From: an uncultured virus (IMG/VR IMGVR_UViG_3300031087_000234)
Taxonomy: Duplodnaviria > Heunggongvirae > Uroviricota > Caudoviricetes
IMG/VR virus record: IMGVR_UViG_3300031087_000234
Location: 1 to 64,000 of that record
Direction: 5' to 3' (one strand)
DNA: 64,000 nt
In this document: positions 31,211 through 41,965 of the stretch, one piece after another
Layout: every line of letters begins with the position of its first letter
Position numbering within the stretch: the first letter of the stretch is position 1
Program-made: the position numbers and the translations under genes
The notes under the pieces: model-generated
Told to the model about the DNA's origin: nothing
Databases searched by the model: none
What the model saw: only the letters and a program-made list of their open reading frames with translations

Positions 31211-34200
31211 GCATTATTTAATCTTTCTTTGCTTCTTTCCAGTGAGTCAGATTAATAACGCCTTTTGCTTTCATCTTCTCGATCAAGTCGCTTGCAGTGT
31301 TGAAAGAATTTTTATAATAAGTCACTGTGTCGCAATAGCCTGTAGCTTTATCCTCAAAATCTTCACAATGAATCTTTCCGATGATAAGAGAGTTTAAAAC
31401 GTAATGTTCGCCGGTGTACCAGTTATGCAAGTGAATCGAACAAGAAAAATCATCGCTCGGGCCTTCTGGCGTCATACACGCGATCAAATCCTCGCGCTCA
31501 ACAACTAAACCCCAAACGTGATCTACATCACCGGGAGTTTTTACAGTAGCGTTTACGTTGATAGTTTTCATTGTCGATTGCCTTAATCTTGTGAGGGCTG
31601 GCACCATTGCCGCCCAACACAGATATAATAACATAACGAGGATTAAAGGCAACACTTTGATCAAGAATGTTTGAAATTCTTTTGAGCTACATCTAAATGA
31701 TCTTTTATTGCTTTGAGGCTTGACATATGCGCCAAATGCTCTACCTTTCCTTTCTGGCAATGCTTCTTAGTTAGATGATATCGAGCCAGTAGACAAAGAT
31801 AATCGAAATCGTTATCATTTACCAGTTTATTGCAAATACCGAAACGGCGGGATATTGGATAGCCTTTAAGAGGGTTAAACGCATTGTGACGATTAGCGCC
31901 CATTAACGATCATCTTCAATCAAAATTATTTCATCGCTGAAATGATGCGTTACCATCTCACAACCTTCATCAGTAATGTAATGAATTGACATATAATCGC
32001 CGTGATCAACTTCTGTGATCAGCAATGAATATTGCTCACCGAAACAGTTTTCACGCGCCAGGCGATCACCCGCTTGGATACATTCAGCCTTAATCATACG
32101 TGCTTTCATTTTGTTTTCCTTAGTGGTAGAAAGATAACAGCTTATCATTACCGCCTAGCGATTGCAAGCGGTAACACTAAACATTATCAATAACGGCTAT
32201 AGATACCGATTGGATCAGTAGGGAAGTACTCGCCACCCGTAAACATTTCTGTTTCAAGCCAGATGTAACCACAAGGAAGGGTTTTAGCCTCTTTAACTAC
32301 AGTGCAATAGCCGTGAATCTTGATTAAGTCGCCAGCTTTAATAGACATTGCGCGGAGGATTCCTAGTTTACGCATTTTGCTTTTTCCTTAGTGGTTAGCA
32401 GTATTGCCGCCCTTCTGATAAACATCATATCATAGTGAGCGACACGATCAACACTTATTTAAATCTATTTGCTCTTTCTTTTGCTATTTCTTTTTTGAAC
32501 TGCTTAACATACACTTTATTAAAGTTTTGCAACTGAGTGAAAGCGATGTTATATAGCTTTTTCTCTGTCTGATATTCTGGCGTTACTTTGATGTGATCCG
32601 GCGTCAATCCCATTGCACTGCGTGGATATTTATCAAAGGCAGATCCTAGCAGCTTGCAATTTTCTTCTAACTGCGCTTTAACTTTCTTTGCTTCTTCAAA
32701 GGTATAAGCTAACATTAATCACACTCCGCACACGAATTAATCAGACCAATAAAACCAGAAAGCAACGATACCATAAACAGCACTAAACTACCAGCGTTTT
32801 CGGTCAAAGGATCTTTAAAAATCATTGAGCAGATGAAAGCAATAATAGCGATGATGAATGAAAAGCGCATTTTCTGATTCCTGTCTTTGTTTAGGCTCTA
32901 TTGCCTCAGTCCGTATATAATAGCATAACCAGTTTTAAGATCCACTATTGTTTTGTAAAGATTGTGGAACTATTCTCATTACCAGAATAACAGGTATCTC
33001 CAGTGTGTTTCCTCCGGTGTCCATCGTTGCCGCTGTAAGTAAGATAACAAAAAAGGCCAGCGATTGCCAGCCCTTTCTACTATTATTCGTAATCCTTGTA
33101 AATCTCTGTAATAACTTCCCAAACATCTGCCTTTGTATGACAGATTCTATACTCTTCAGAGGCGACTACATCCCCCATCTGTGATCCCTCGTCAGTCTCA
33201 GGGTCTACACCTTCGGGAAAGTGAACCAGCGTTAAATCTTCAACACGATAAGCACTCTTGCCGCTTCGCAGATTCATCGGGCCTGGTGCAATAGTGTAGC
33301 ACAACTCATAACGTTTACAAACAGACAACACAGAATTAAAATGAGAGTAAGACGGATGACCATAGTCACGGATATTTGCCATATCTTCACGGGCTTTATC
33401 TTTTGCATCTTTCAGTTTAAAACGAATCATTTTATTTATCCTTAAGCAACGATTGCAGCGATTGAAAACATAAATCCGATAATACCTAAAATCATAACGC
33501 CGTGTAAGTTGTTCATTTTGTTTCTTTCCGTTGTCTGTTTCAGTAAGGCTATTATGCCCCACTTTCGCAGGGCTGTTTTATCAATTTGTGCTATTTAATA
33601 TAGTCTTTGCAATCTTCTGGGTTTAAGAATGGCATATGTTGAGCCATAACTTTACCGTATCTGCCGATTCCCCACTGATTAAGGTTATATTCTGCCGTTC
33701 GCTGAATCACTAAACCGCACTGGATCTTGTCTGCTGCTTCTTTTTCTCTGTTGTTCAAAAAGTCGTGAAATCTCGGTAATGACTTATTGTTTTCTTTTTC
33801 AAATTCTGCTAGCGCGTCTCTTTCTTCTAGGACGAACATCAAATCACGAAAACCATTATTTGCCATTTCTTGACCAGTAGCAAAACGGGAATGATGATAA
33901 AAATAGTTGGTTGGATCTTGATACTCTTCCAGCGGCTGCACTTCGTCTAAGAAAAATAGTTGACCGTTATCAAGCCCTAACCCATTTTCAGAGAGAGTTT
34001 CAACAGTTGCAATTTTGCGAGTTTCCAGAACAATGACTTTTTGGCCCACACAGAAGAAGTTTTTCATTTTGTTTGTCTCAGTTAGCGCCGCACCATTGCC
34101 GCGCCTTCTGTGATACATAATAGCAAACTGAGTTATTTTGTTTTATCTTTTTGTGCTATTGCATTTCAGCGTGAATAATGGCGCATTCAATCCCCGCCAG

Positions 34201-36585
34201 GATGTTACGACGATCTTTTAGTAGTTCGTCAAGTGTGGGAGACGGTGATAATAAATGCTCTGTTTCGGTTATCTCGCGCTGAACGATTTCCGACAGTGTG
34301 CGCATTTTTTCAATAGTCAAGTTTAAAGTAACAACTTTGCTCATAAAATCCTCTATTCAGTGATTATGCATAAATAACGCTGTTTATGCAGATAGTAACA
34401 GATGACAACTAAATTTAAGCCATTCTCAGGAGTTCATAACAAATAACCCCATCTTAAAACCTCCTGTAACGCTCTCTAAGCGTCGATCTCCGAAAGTGCT
34501 ATCATCGTATTGCCTCGCGGAGATCTCTTTAAATTCACTTTTTTGCATATCGCAAAAATGAAATAAAGTTGTATTGGCTATTGCTTTTAATCGTTAAGTA
34601 AGATCACTATTAACGCGGCAACTAAAGCAGTTGTCCAGCCAAATAAATTAACAATAAGAGCGAAAAGTAGTAGATCAATGATAAAGTCACGCATAGTAAT
34701 TACCCTTTGTTATTAACGATCATAAAATGTTTGATGCGGTGCCAGGTGCGGTAAAGGTTGTTATGATAGTTAGGGCCGCGATCATTAACATCACAATATG
34801 CTTCGATAGCTAACTGTTTCACTTCGTCACTATTCAGCTTTAAACGTTTACCGTGCGTTACTACTTCTACGCATTCTTTTATGTAGTAGACATAATCGCC
34901 ATTGTCAGTAAAGATCGTCCGGTTGTCTCGAATATAGCGGATCAGATAATCATTCCCAAACTGCTTTACTTTTCTTAGTGCTTCACTACCGTTAAACAAC
35001 TTGCGGATATGGTAAGGATCATTGATTGCTTTGTTTGAATCTTCACACCAGACTGAAAGAGCCTTTTTAATGTCGCGGCTTCTTGCCTCATACTCTGGCA
35101 CTAATACATTGATCCGCGCTTGGGCTTTTGCTTCTTCGCTCAATTCGTCATAATAGAAAAACTTTGTAATGTTCATTGGTTAAGCCCTTTTCATAAAATC
35201 AACAGCGCTAGTGAGGGATCGAGTTCTGCTTTCAATAGCTAACGAAATGCTATTGTAGGTTTTAACGCGCATAGGTGCAAGGGAAATCTTTCTAATTTCA
35301 GCAAAATATTTTGCCTTTACTTTCTTATTACATCCTGAGTCATTTGCAACAGTATTCATAATCGCTTGCACTTTCTGATTATGAATGCGATAGATTGCCT
35401 CCGGCGTGTACTCCTGGCGCTTTGTAGCGATCAGGGTATCATTGGAAATTGAACGTAATAGGGTTAGAAGTTGTAAAGGTTGCATTATGTTTGCCTTAGT
35501 TGCTTAACCGATGAAAACCATTATACACTAACAGAGGCGGGAGTAAATCCCCCGCGCAATGTTTATTATTGGAAACACAAGACTAAAAAGACGATAGCCC
35601 ACAAACCGCCGCTGATTAACAGCTTTGTTTTGTTTTCTGCTAAAAATGATTCTTCTTTATAGTCTATACTGTCGCTTTCCATATGGGTTTAGTTTACCTC
35701 TAAGTCTGATTTATTAAATTGGAATTTGATTTCAGGATGTAACATATTTTCTAAAATCACTTTCCCGCTGTTATCATCTTGCGAGTCTGAAACAATGTAA
35801 CATCCCCGCGTAATGATGTGATCTGCGTCTACCGTTTCAACGTCCGGCATAAAGTCCAGAATGTCAAAACAATTATTCGCATCTTTCTTTAACTCGGTAA
35901 CAGAGTTGCTTACCCAGGTTTTTTCAAAGTCTGCGCCGCACTTGTCGTTAGTCTGAGTTGATACGTTACACAGTGAAGCGATGAGAACGATAGAAGCAAA
36001 CATTTTTAGATCCTTAAGCTGTCATATAATCATTAACGATAGCAACGATAGTTGCTGGAATGTCTTGGGTGGCTAGCTCTGCGCTATCGCTCACCTGACG
36101 AAAACCATTATCGCACACATACGTTAAAACACAATAGTTATTTTCAACAGATACCGCGATTGCTACTTTTCTGTTGTGGAAAGAGAATTTAAAAGTCTTC
36201 TCTGTCGCATAGATCTCTTTATGTTCCAGGATCACGCCTGGCACGATATCAGAGAAAAAAGCTAGGGAGTTTGCAGCAATCATTTTTAAATCCTATACCT
36301 GTTTTGTCTCAATCAATGCAGACATACTAACACAGTTAGACCTATGATCAATAGTTATTTGTGATTCTTTTTCGTTAATGTCCAGGACAATGCCCCACAC
36401 AGGGAAGCCGTGTTGATCATAGTAACGTGCTATCATCCTGTTAGATTGATTCCATTGTTTGATAAGGGCGGGGAGGTTGTTAGCTGGTGTATCGTGTCTC
36501 ATTGTTTCTGTAATCCATTGTAAGAGGTTTTATTGCTTGGTTAGTGTGATTCTATGGCTTATGTTTGCAGTCTCTTAAACGTCGA

Positions 36586-36610
36586 AAGGGGCGCTATTTG
36601 CGCCCCCTCT
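36586..36610 (-). terminator. Intrinsic terminator
   Basis: GGGGGCGC-AAATA-GCGCCCC-TTT on the minus strand. Confidence 0.7.
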
Positions 36611-36612
36611 TG

Positions 36613-36747
36613 TTACTCTTGCCAGTTGCGTTTATTGCTGACTCCTCGCGTTGTCTTATTCAGCTTTGCGCCCTTCTTGATCACAACTTCACCGAATGCC
36701 GCACGTTTGCCCGACTTCATTTTTTCAGCTTTGTTTGTGTATTGCAT
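36613..36747 (-). CDS. 44 aa basic protein similar to T7 gp1.1 (not in ORF track)
   Basis: MQYTNKAEKMKSGKRAAFGEVVIKKGAKLNKTTRGVSNKRNWQE; KGxKLNKTxR...KRxW matches T7 gp1.1 as recalled; GAGG RBS. Confidence 0.7.
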   Translation of the reverse strand: MQYTNKAEKMKSGKRAAFGEVVIKKGAKLNKTTRGVSNKRNWQE

Positions 36748-36775
36748 CTTTATACCCTCTTTAAGTTTAGTTAGA

Positions 36776-37342
36776 TTATTTGTTACGCATTTCGTTTGCT
36801 TTACTGCGCATAAAGAAGCAGTCTAGCAGAATCAGCTTGCCGTTGTCTACTGCAACATTTCGCGGTGAAATCTCAAACATTACATCAGATCCGTAATTCG
36901 CTACATCATCCAGCGCTTCAATCATTGTCGTGCGTAACTCGTCATTTTCAATCGTTGAAAATGCATCGTGTACCGCGTTGTAACTGTCATAAAGGTTGCT
37001 AGGACACTTTAACACATCCTGAGCCTTTCGCAAAGTTTTATAAATTTCGTATTGATCTGCTTCTAAACTATTTTTCAGGCTTGAAACTTTTGTATACTGT
37101 TTCATTTTGAAAATATTCTCGCCGCTTGCTAAGCAATCTATTCTCTCAGTTACTGGAAACAGTGTATCACACAGCCAGCCCATTGAGTAGACTTCTTTCA
37201 ACGGATCTTCACTTACTAACAGTACTTCACTATCACTCAATTCGAAACACTCAGTGAACAATCCTTTACCCAACTTTTTCAAGCCCTTCACTAACTGGCG
37301 TTTAGTTGTGTTGTCTGTGATTTCGATGATAGTCATTTTCAT
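36776..37342 (-). CDS. Divergent protein-kinase-like protein
   Basis: LGKGLF Gly loop, FEISPRNV catalytic-loop-like, LLDCF. Confidence 0.55.
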   Translation of the reverse strand: MKMTIIEITDNTTKRQLVKGLKKLGKGLFTECFELSDSEVLLVSEDPLKEVYSMGWLCDTLFPVTERIDCLASGENIFKMKQYTKVSSLKNSLEADQYEIYKTLRKAQDVLKCPSNLYDSYNAVHDAFSTIENDELRTTMIEALDDVANYGSDVMFEISPRNVAVDNGKLILLDCFFMRSKANEMRNK

Positions 37343-37659
37343 TTTCCTAGTTAGTGGTGGTTGTTTCTCTAAATCAGAGACACTATATTATAATGTCTCT
37401 TGTTTACAGTCAACAATTATTTACTTATTTTTATAACTTTCCAACTCTTGCATAAAGTAAACACTTCTTTATACTGCTGTTTCATCTCTTGCGCGTCCTG
37501 GAAAGATAAACGCCAGTCAGGACTCCAGATTGTGCCGTCTGCCTGTTCACATTGGATTGTATACTTTTGCATTTTATTCTCGCTTATGGCGAGAGACTTT
37601 CCCGCCGTCTGATAAGTATTATCTGTTATTCTGAATTAAAGGTCAACAACTATTTTAGA

Positions 37660-38010
37660 TTATTCTTCGTTTTCTTCTGCCTCTTCTAACTCACTTTCGA
37701 GATCTTCTAGTTCAGATTCTAATGTCTCCAGATCTTCCATTAGCTCTTTGTAATCTTCGTTTTCTTCCTTCTCTTGTGATCCTTCGTAGTCACTCTTTCC
37801 CGTATTGTAAGATATTTCATCAACCATCTTAAGAGCATAAGCTGGCGCATAAGTTTGACCACAAATTTCTACTTCTTCGTAACAATCATTCAGAAAATCA
37901 TCATATTCTCTTTCGCTAACGGTGATTTCAAAATTATCCATTTCAGCTTGCTTTTCTTTGATTTCTAATTTTTTAGCTTCGATGTTTGCTTTGATGGTTG
38001 CGATAGTCAT
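37660..38010 (-). CDS. Highly acidic protein (candidate DNA mimic)
   Basis: Very D/E-rich with coiled-coil termini; adjacent to ocr. Confidence 0.7.
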   Translation of the reverse strand: MTIATIKANIEAKKLEIKEKQAEMDNFEITVSEREYDDFLNDCYEEVEICGQTYAPAYALKMVDEISYNTGKSDYEGSQEKEENEDYKELMEDLETLESELEDLESELEEAEENEE

Positions 38011-38159
38011 AATATTTTCTCTTCTCTGTTAGGGACAACCCTTTGTTGTCCTGATATGAAACATTCTACGCTTTTTTGATTCAGAGTCAACAACTGTTTT
38101 CTAAATCTTTTAACTTTCTTTCTCATTGCCCCCTAACCAGGAGGCAACACGAAAAATCG

Positions 38160-38492
38160 TTATTCTGTTTCTTCTTCTCCGAAATCTGATTCACACCATA
38201 CTAAATCATTTGAGTTCTGAATGTCAATGTAAAGTTGTTCGTAGATGCGAGCCTGCAAAATCCGCGTAACATCTTTTGTCTCAGGAATCAATCCGCTGTC
38301 TTCGAATTCGTGATCAATACCTTCTGACGCCATTACCTCAAAAATTTCTTTGTAGTAATGGGGAACATAATGATCCGCCACTTCGTGCAATGCATCGCTT
38401 GAATCGCTTACAATCGTTAAGTTATCGCACTGGATACGCTCGTTAAAAGCGACGATTGCATTTGCCAGGATTTCAGTGTAAGTGGTAGTCAT
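38160..38492 (-). CDS. ocr: Ocr (T7 gp0.3-like) DNA-mimic anti-restriction protein
   Basis: VPHYYKEIFEVMASEGIDHEFEDSGLIPETKDVTRILQARIYEQL, near-identical to the T7 Ocr core as recalled; AAGGA RBS before ATG 38492. Confidence 0.92.
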   Translation of the reverse strand: MTTTYTEILANAIVAFNERIQCDNLTIVSDSSDALHEVADHYVPHYYKEIFEVMASEGIDHEFEDSGLIPETKDVTRILQARIYEQLYIDIQNSNDLVWCESDFGEEETE

Positions 38493-38576
38493 TTTCTTGT
38501 CCTTGGTTGCTTTGTTAGTGTGAGAGTATTCTATCAAGGGCTATTATTATTTGCAAAAGCCCTTTGTAAAATAATC

Positions 38577-38747
38577 TTACTTTTTCAGAGTTAGTTTCTT
38601 ACCGTGTGAGATACCAGGGAATGACCAGCGCCCATCATCGTTTTTCACAGGGTCGCGCAAGGTTGCTTTGCTACCAGACGCTTTTACTTTCTCGTTTACT
38701 GCTTTACGGATTGCGCGGGCTTCGTTGCGAGTGGTGAAAGTTTTCAT
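38577..38747 (-). CDS. 56 aa basic protein (not in ORF track)
   Basis: MKTFTTRNEARAIRK...; upstream TTGACA...ATAAT-type promoter. Confidence 0.6.
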   Translation of the reverse strand: MKTFTTRNEARAIRKAVNEKVKASGSKATLRDPVKNDDGRWSFPGISHGKKLTLKK

Positions 38748-38847
38748 AGTTTTCTCTTCTCTTTTGTTAGGCGGGAAACCATTTCCCCGCTTGATGTAAG
38801 TATTATCGTTTATTGCTTTGCTTCTGTCAAACTTATTTTTGAATCTT

Positions 38848-39114
38848 TTACAGTAAAAACATCACTTCTTTTGCTTTTAACTGTGAATCAACAATCACAG
38901 GGTTTTTATAGTCAACAAATCGGGATGTTTTTTCGATTGCAAATCCGATATACGCCGCGCCTGCTTCTTTCTTTAAGTTTTCCCGCGCCACTTCGATAGC
39001 CGCCGCCAGGCTTAAACGCCCATCAATAGAAATATTCGCAAAGCTACCAGATCCGGCGATCACTTTGTCACCCATAGCTGAAAGTTTAAACATTGTTGCG
39101 CTGAAAGAAGCCAT
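38848..39114 (-). CDS. Hypothetical protein
   Basis: AAGGA RBS. Confidence 0.7.
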   Translation of the reverse strand: MASFSATMFKLSAMGDKVIAGSGSFANISIDGRLSLAAAIEVARENLKKEAGAAYIGFAIEKTSRFVDYKNPVIVDSQLKAKEVMFLL

Positions 39115-39761
39115 TTTATTTTCCTTGGTTGATTGTTTTCTCTTACCTAGTGAGGCTATCTTAAAGCCCCACTAAATCAAAGTCAAACGATTTATAAACC
39201 CCAGCGACGAAAACCACAATCTTTATTTTTATTCAACTCCGATTTAAGACGCTTACAACGTTGACGAATCGCATATAGATCCGGTGTGCATACCGTTGCG
39301 CCTGATTTAAAGTGAATAGCCATTACATATTGTTTCATTGCTTTGTTTCCGTTTTCGTCTCAGTGATAAGAATACTACAGATTTTTGTTTTCTAGGTCAA
39401 CACTATTTTAGAAAAAGATTTTAGATAGTACTGGAATCCAGACAAGCAAGGAAAACAAACCAGCGATGATCCAGCCTTCTTTACGAACTCCACGATTTGC
39501 GCGGTCTTCGTTATCGTTTTGCATAGTGATGAAATCGGCTTGCTTGAAGTTAGTTGGCTTGTTCATAATTCGTTTTCCTTGGTTGTTTGTTTAAGTTGTC
39601 TTGTTACTGTGAAGCTAGTGTATCATACTGATTCTTTATTTCAACTACTATTTCGTTTCTTTTTCAACTTATCCAGACTTCGTATGCTCTGGCGCTACTG
39701 CCCTTGCGGGTGGCTCCCTGCCTCGTTGATGTGGTAATACTAAGGGATCTCGTTTTGTCTG

Positions 39762-40295
39762 TCAATCAAAGAATCGTTTATTTAATGCTTTTTTCAATTC
39801 TTCTTCTGTAAAGCCTTCGCTGTCTGCTACTTCTGCGAATAATACCGGTTCGCTATCTTCTTCCTGCTCTTCTTCGTCGTCTGGCTCTGCTAACTTGTGG
39901 ATCTTCGCTTCTGCCTTCTTAAGTTTGTTATCTAACACCCTCATAGCTAGATCAAAAGTCCCTTGTGTAATTCTCCTGGCTTCTAGGTCTGCCGTTAGTG
40001 CTGCTGCTTTCGGCTCGTACTCTTCCAGAATCTTAAACGCTGGATCTACAGCATACAAAGGATTAACGCGCCGCGCCGCTCTTTCTGGTTCTGCTGCTCC
40101 GGCAATGTCTGCCGTGCCGTCAGGATTCCAGCCTGGGATCGTTCGAGTCCTTACGTTACCGTTAGACCGTGCCAGACGGTTGCCTACTTGCTCCCCGCTA
40201 TACCCTACAGAATGATCTAGAAGCTCGTCAGGAATAACCCGCCAATCATCAGGATCGTGCTTTACCCAGGATTGGATCACATACTCACGCCCCAT
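39762..40295 (-). CDS. Hypothetical protein with acidic C-terminus
   Basis: GGAGG RBS, TAATG coupling. Confidence 0.7.
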   Translation of the reverse strand: MGREYVIQSWVKHDPDDWRVIPDELLDHSVGYSGEQVGNRLARSNGNVRTRTIPGWNPDGTADIAGAAEPERAARRVNPLYAVDPAFKILEEYEPKAAALTADLEARRITQGTFDLAMRVLDNKLKKAEAKIHKLAEPDDEEEQEEDSEPVLFAEVADSEGFTEEELKKALNKRFFD

Positions 40296-40555
40296 TAAAA
40301 GATCCTCCGCTGCTGTTTAACTTTGATGATTGCATTATATAAGATCTCCGCGTCTTTTGAATAGTAACCGTCTAACGTTACGCCGTTAGCGTATTTGTGA
40401 ATCAACACCTGTGCAAAGGTTAACACACAATTCACCATAATAAAGCCAGGTGCAACCGTTGCGCTATGTGGATTCTTCACAACACTAGCTAACAGTCTTT
40501 GCGGTTTCTCTGAGTTGAAAACGTAAAGTTCACCGCCTGTCTTGAATGGAAACAT
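40295..40555 (-). CDS. Hypothetical protein
   Basis: First gene after the divergent promoter region. Confidence 0.65.
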   Translation of the reverse strand: MFPFKTGGELYVFNSEKPQRLLASVVKNPHSATVAPGFIMVNCVLTFAQVLIHKYANGVTLDGYYSKDAEILYNAIIKVKQQRRIF

Positions 40556-40689
40556 TTTTGCCCTCTCTGTTGATTAGGCTTCGTATTCTACAGATAAATG
40601 ATTTTAAATCAAGTATTGTTTTTACTTTTGTTTAGTGTATTATAGCCACACTAAACACGGGAAGCCGTGATATATAAAGGAAAACAGAG

Positions 40690-40917
40690 ATGAAACAGTT
40701 TACTATGGTATCAGCAAAAAGCCCTTTCCAGATTAAGTCCCTGAATGGGCGGGGCCGTCCTGTTAATGTAAAGCCAGGCGATCTGTTCCTTGTTACCTCT
40801 CCGGCACATACAAACGCTAGTCAGGTTATGATCGACCGTAAAACAAAAGCGATGATCAATTCAGGCTATTGTCTGAGCCGCGCAGACCTAGCGACTTTCT
40901 TTGATATTGTCGAATAA
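40690..40917 (+). CDS. Hypothetical protein
   Basis: AAGGA RBS, divergent promoter. Confidence 0.7.
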   Translation: MKQFTMVSAKSPFQIKSLNGRGRPVNVKPGDLFLVTSPAHTNASQVMIDRKTKAMINSGYCLSRADLATFFDIVE

Positions 40918-40922
40918 AACTA

Positions 40923-40951
40923 TTGATTGCCCGATTCATTTCGGGCATAAT
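40923..40951 (+). promoter_or_regulatory. sigma70 promoter with spacer hairpin
   Basis: TTGATT-17-CATAAT; GCCCGA...TCGGGC. Confidence 0.7.
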
Positions 40952-40980
40952 GTTCTGACTCCAACAAATAGGACAAGAAA

Positions 40981-41157
40981 ATGATTACTTCCTCAGATAC
41001 AATGGTTACTCTCTTTACCTGGGAAACAAGTGCGCTGCACTGCGGATCTCGCCGGGTTCCATTGCCTCACGCTATGAGGATGTTAGACGCGGGTTTTTAT
41101 CGTGTGAAGGTAGTAGCGGAGAACGGGGAAATAATTGCGGATTCACTGGAATATTAA
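40981..41157 (+). CDS. 58 aa hypothetical protein (not in ORF track)
   Basis: AGGA RBS, own promoter. Confidence 0.55.
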   Translation: MITSSDTMVTLFTWETSALHCGSRRVPLPHAMRMLDAGFYRVKVVAENGEIIADSLEY

Positions 41158-41186
41158 TTGACTACCTGGCCCCGCCAGGCTATGCT
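41158..41186 (+). promoter_or_regulatory. sigma70 promoter with spacer hairpin
   Basis: TTGACT-17-TATGCT; CCTGGC-CCC-GCCAGG. Confidence 0.7.
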
Positions 41187-41216
41187 AATCGAACTGAAAC
41201 AAACAAGGGTTACGCT

Positions 41217-41375
41217 ATGATCGATCAATACTACCTGGTAAAAGTTTTCGATGCGGATTCTAATTCTACAACAACTTTAAGCCGTTGCGGTACGGTAGAG
41301 GAAATAAAGGAAAGCGTAGAGGATGACGGCTGGACTTTTGTTTGTATTATTGGACGTGACAAAAATTATGATTAA
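41217..41375 (+). CDS. 52 aa hypothetical protein (not in ORF track)
   Basis: AAGGG RBS, own promoter. Confidence 0.55.
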   Translation: MIDQYYLVKVFDADSNSTTTLSRCGTVEEIKESVEDDGWTFVCIIGRDKNYD

Positions 41376-41378
41376 GTA

Positions 41379-41407
41379 TTGACGCCAGGCGCAAGCCTGG
41401 TTATACT
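41379..41407 (+). promoter_or_regulatory. Strong sigma70 promoter with spacer hairpin
   Basis: TTGACG-17-TATACT; CCAGGC-GCAA-GCCTGG. Confidence 0.8.
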
Positions 41408-41413
41408 GTTTTC

Positions 41414-41495
41414 ACAGTAAGGCAACGCCTACCAACGGCGCTAAACTTGGCTAGCAGGCCCGAAGGGGCTGCAAGGTGAATCGCCGGTAAGCTGT
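41414..41495 (+). ncRNA. Candidate structured small RNA (~82 nt)
   Basis: Starts at the predicted +1, no ORF, nested stems with paired 5'/3' ends. Confidence 0.5.
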
Positions 41496-41639
41496 CTAAA
41501 ATAAGTTTTGTAAAGATTGAAATAATCGTTGATCTATTCAGTCAGTATGATATTATATTCCCAGAGTAAGACGCTGCTTAAGTGAAGAGAGAACCGCCCC
41601 TGCCCGTCATTCAGATAGTAACGTCCGGTGATTAATAGT

Positions 41640-41965
41640 TTCCTAACGAAATAGTCACGTCTGAAACTATCACGCCCGAAACCATTAGCCTGCAAACTAT
41701 CACCCCCGAAACTATGATCAGGCGCATAATACCTGCCGAAAATGCGATTTTTTAATATAATTCTGGAAAATGAAATTCTGTTTTTCAAAAAGTCAAAAAA
41801 ATCCTACGACCCTGGCCCGATTTTTTAAAAATAATTTTGTCAAGGTTTTTCTGATTTTTTCTGATACAGGTGAGATTTGTTCGGGATCGATTCTTAATAT
41901 AATTTCGGGATTTCTAAATCTGGTTTCTGAAAACTCGAAAAAATCCTACGACCTTTTGCCGATTT
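41640..41965. repeat. Non-coding direct-repeat block
   Basis: AAACTATCACnCCCGAAAC x2 (41664, 41694); AAAAAATCCTACGACC x2 (41796, 41938); A/T tracts. Confidence 0.75.

Larger units (their letters stand above)
29287..36502 (-). other. Early-type small genes, most with their own sigma70 promoter (29287-29688, 29789-30082, 30079-30264, 30425-30622, 30631-30894, 30957-31151, 31218-31571, 31661-31903, 31903-32109, 32187-32375, 32455-32715, 33083-33430, 33591-34067, 34156-34344, 34700-35176, 35180-35485, 35689-36003, 36014-36283, 36293-36502)
   Basis: Co-oriented ORFs separated by AT-rich spacers with -35/-10 boxes. Confidence 0.7.

Noticed and set aside
41414..41495. tRNA or hammerhead ribozyme identity for the structured RNA
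   Set aside because: No TTCGA T-loop or cloverleaf and no CUGAUGA/GAAA core. I saw no tRNA gene anywhere in the window.
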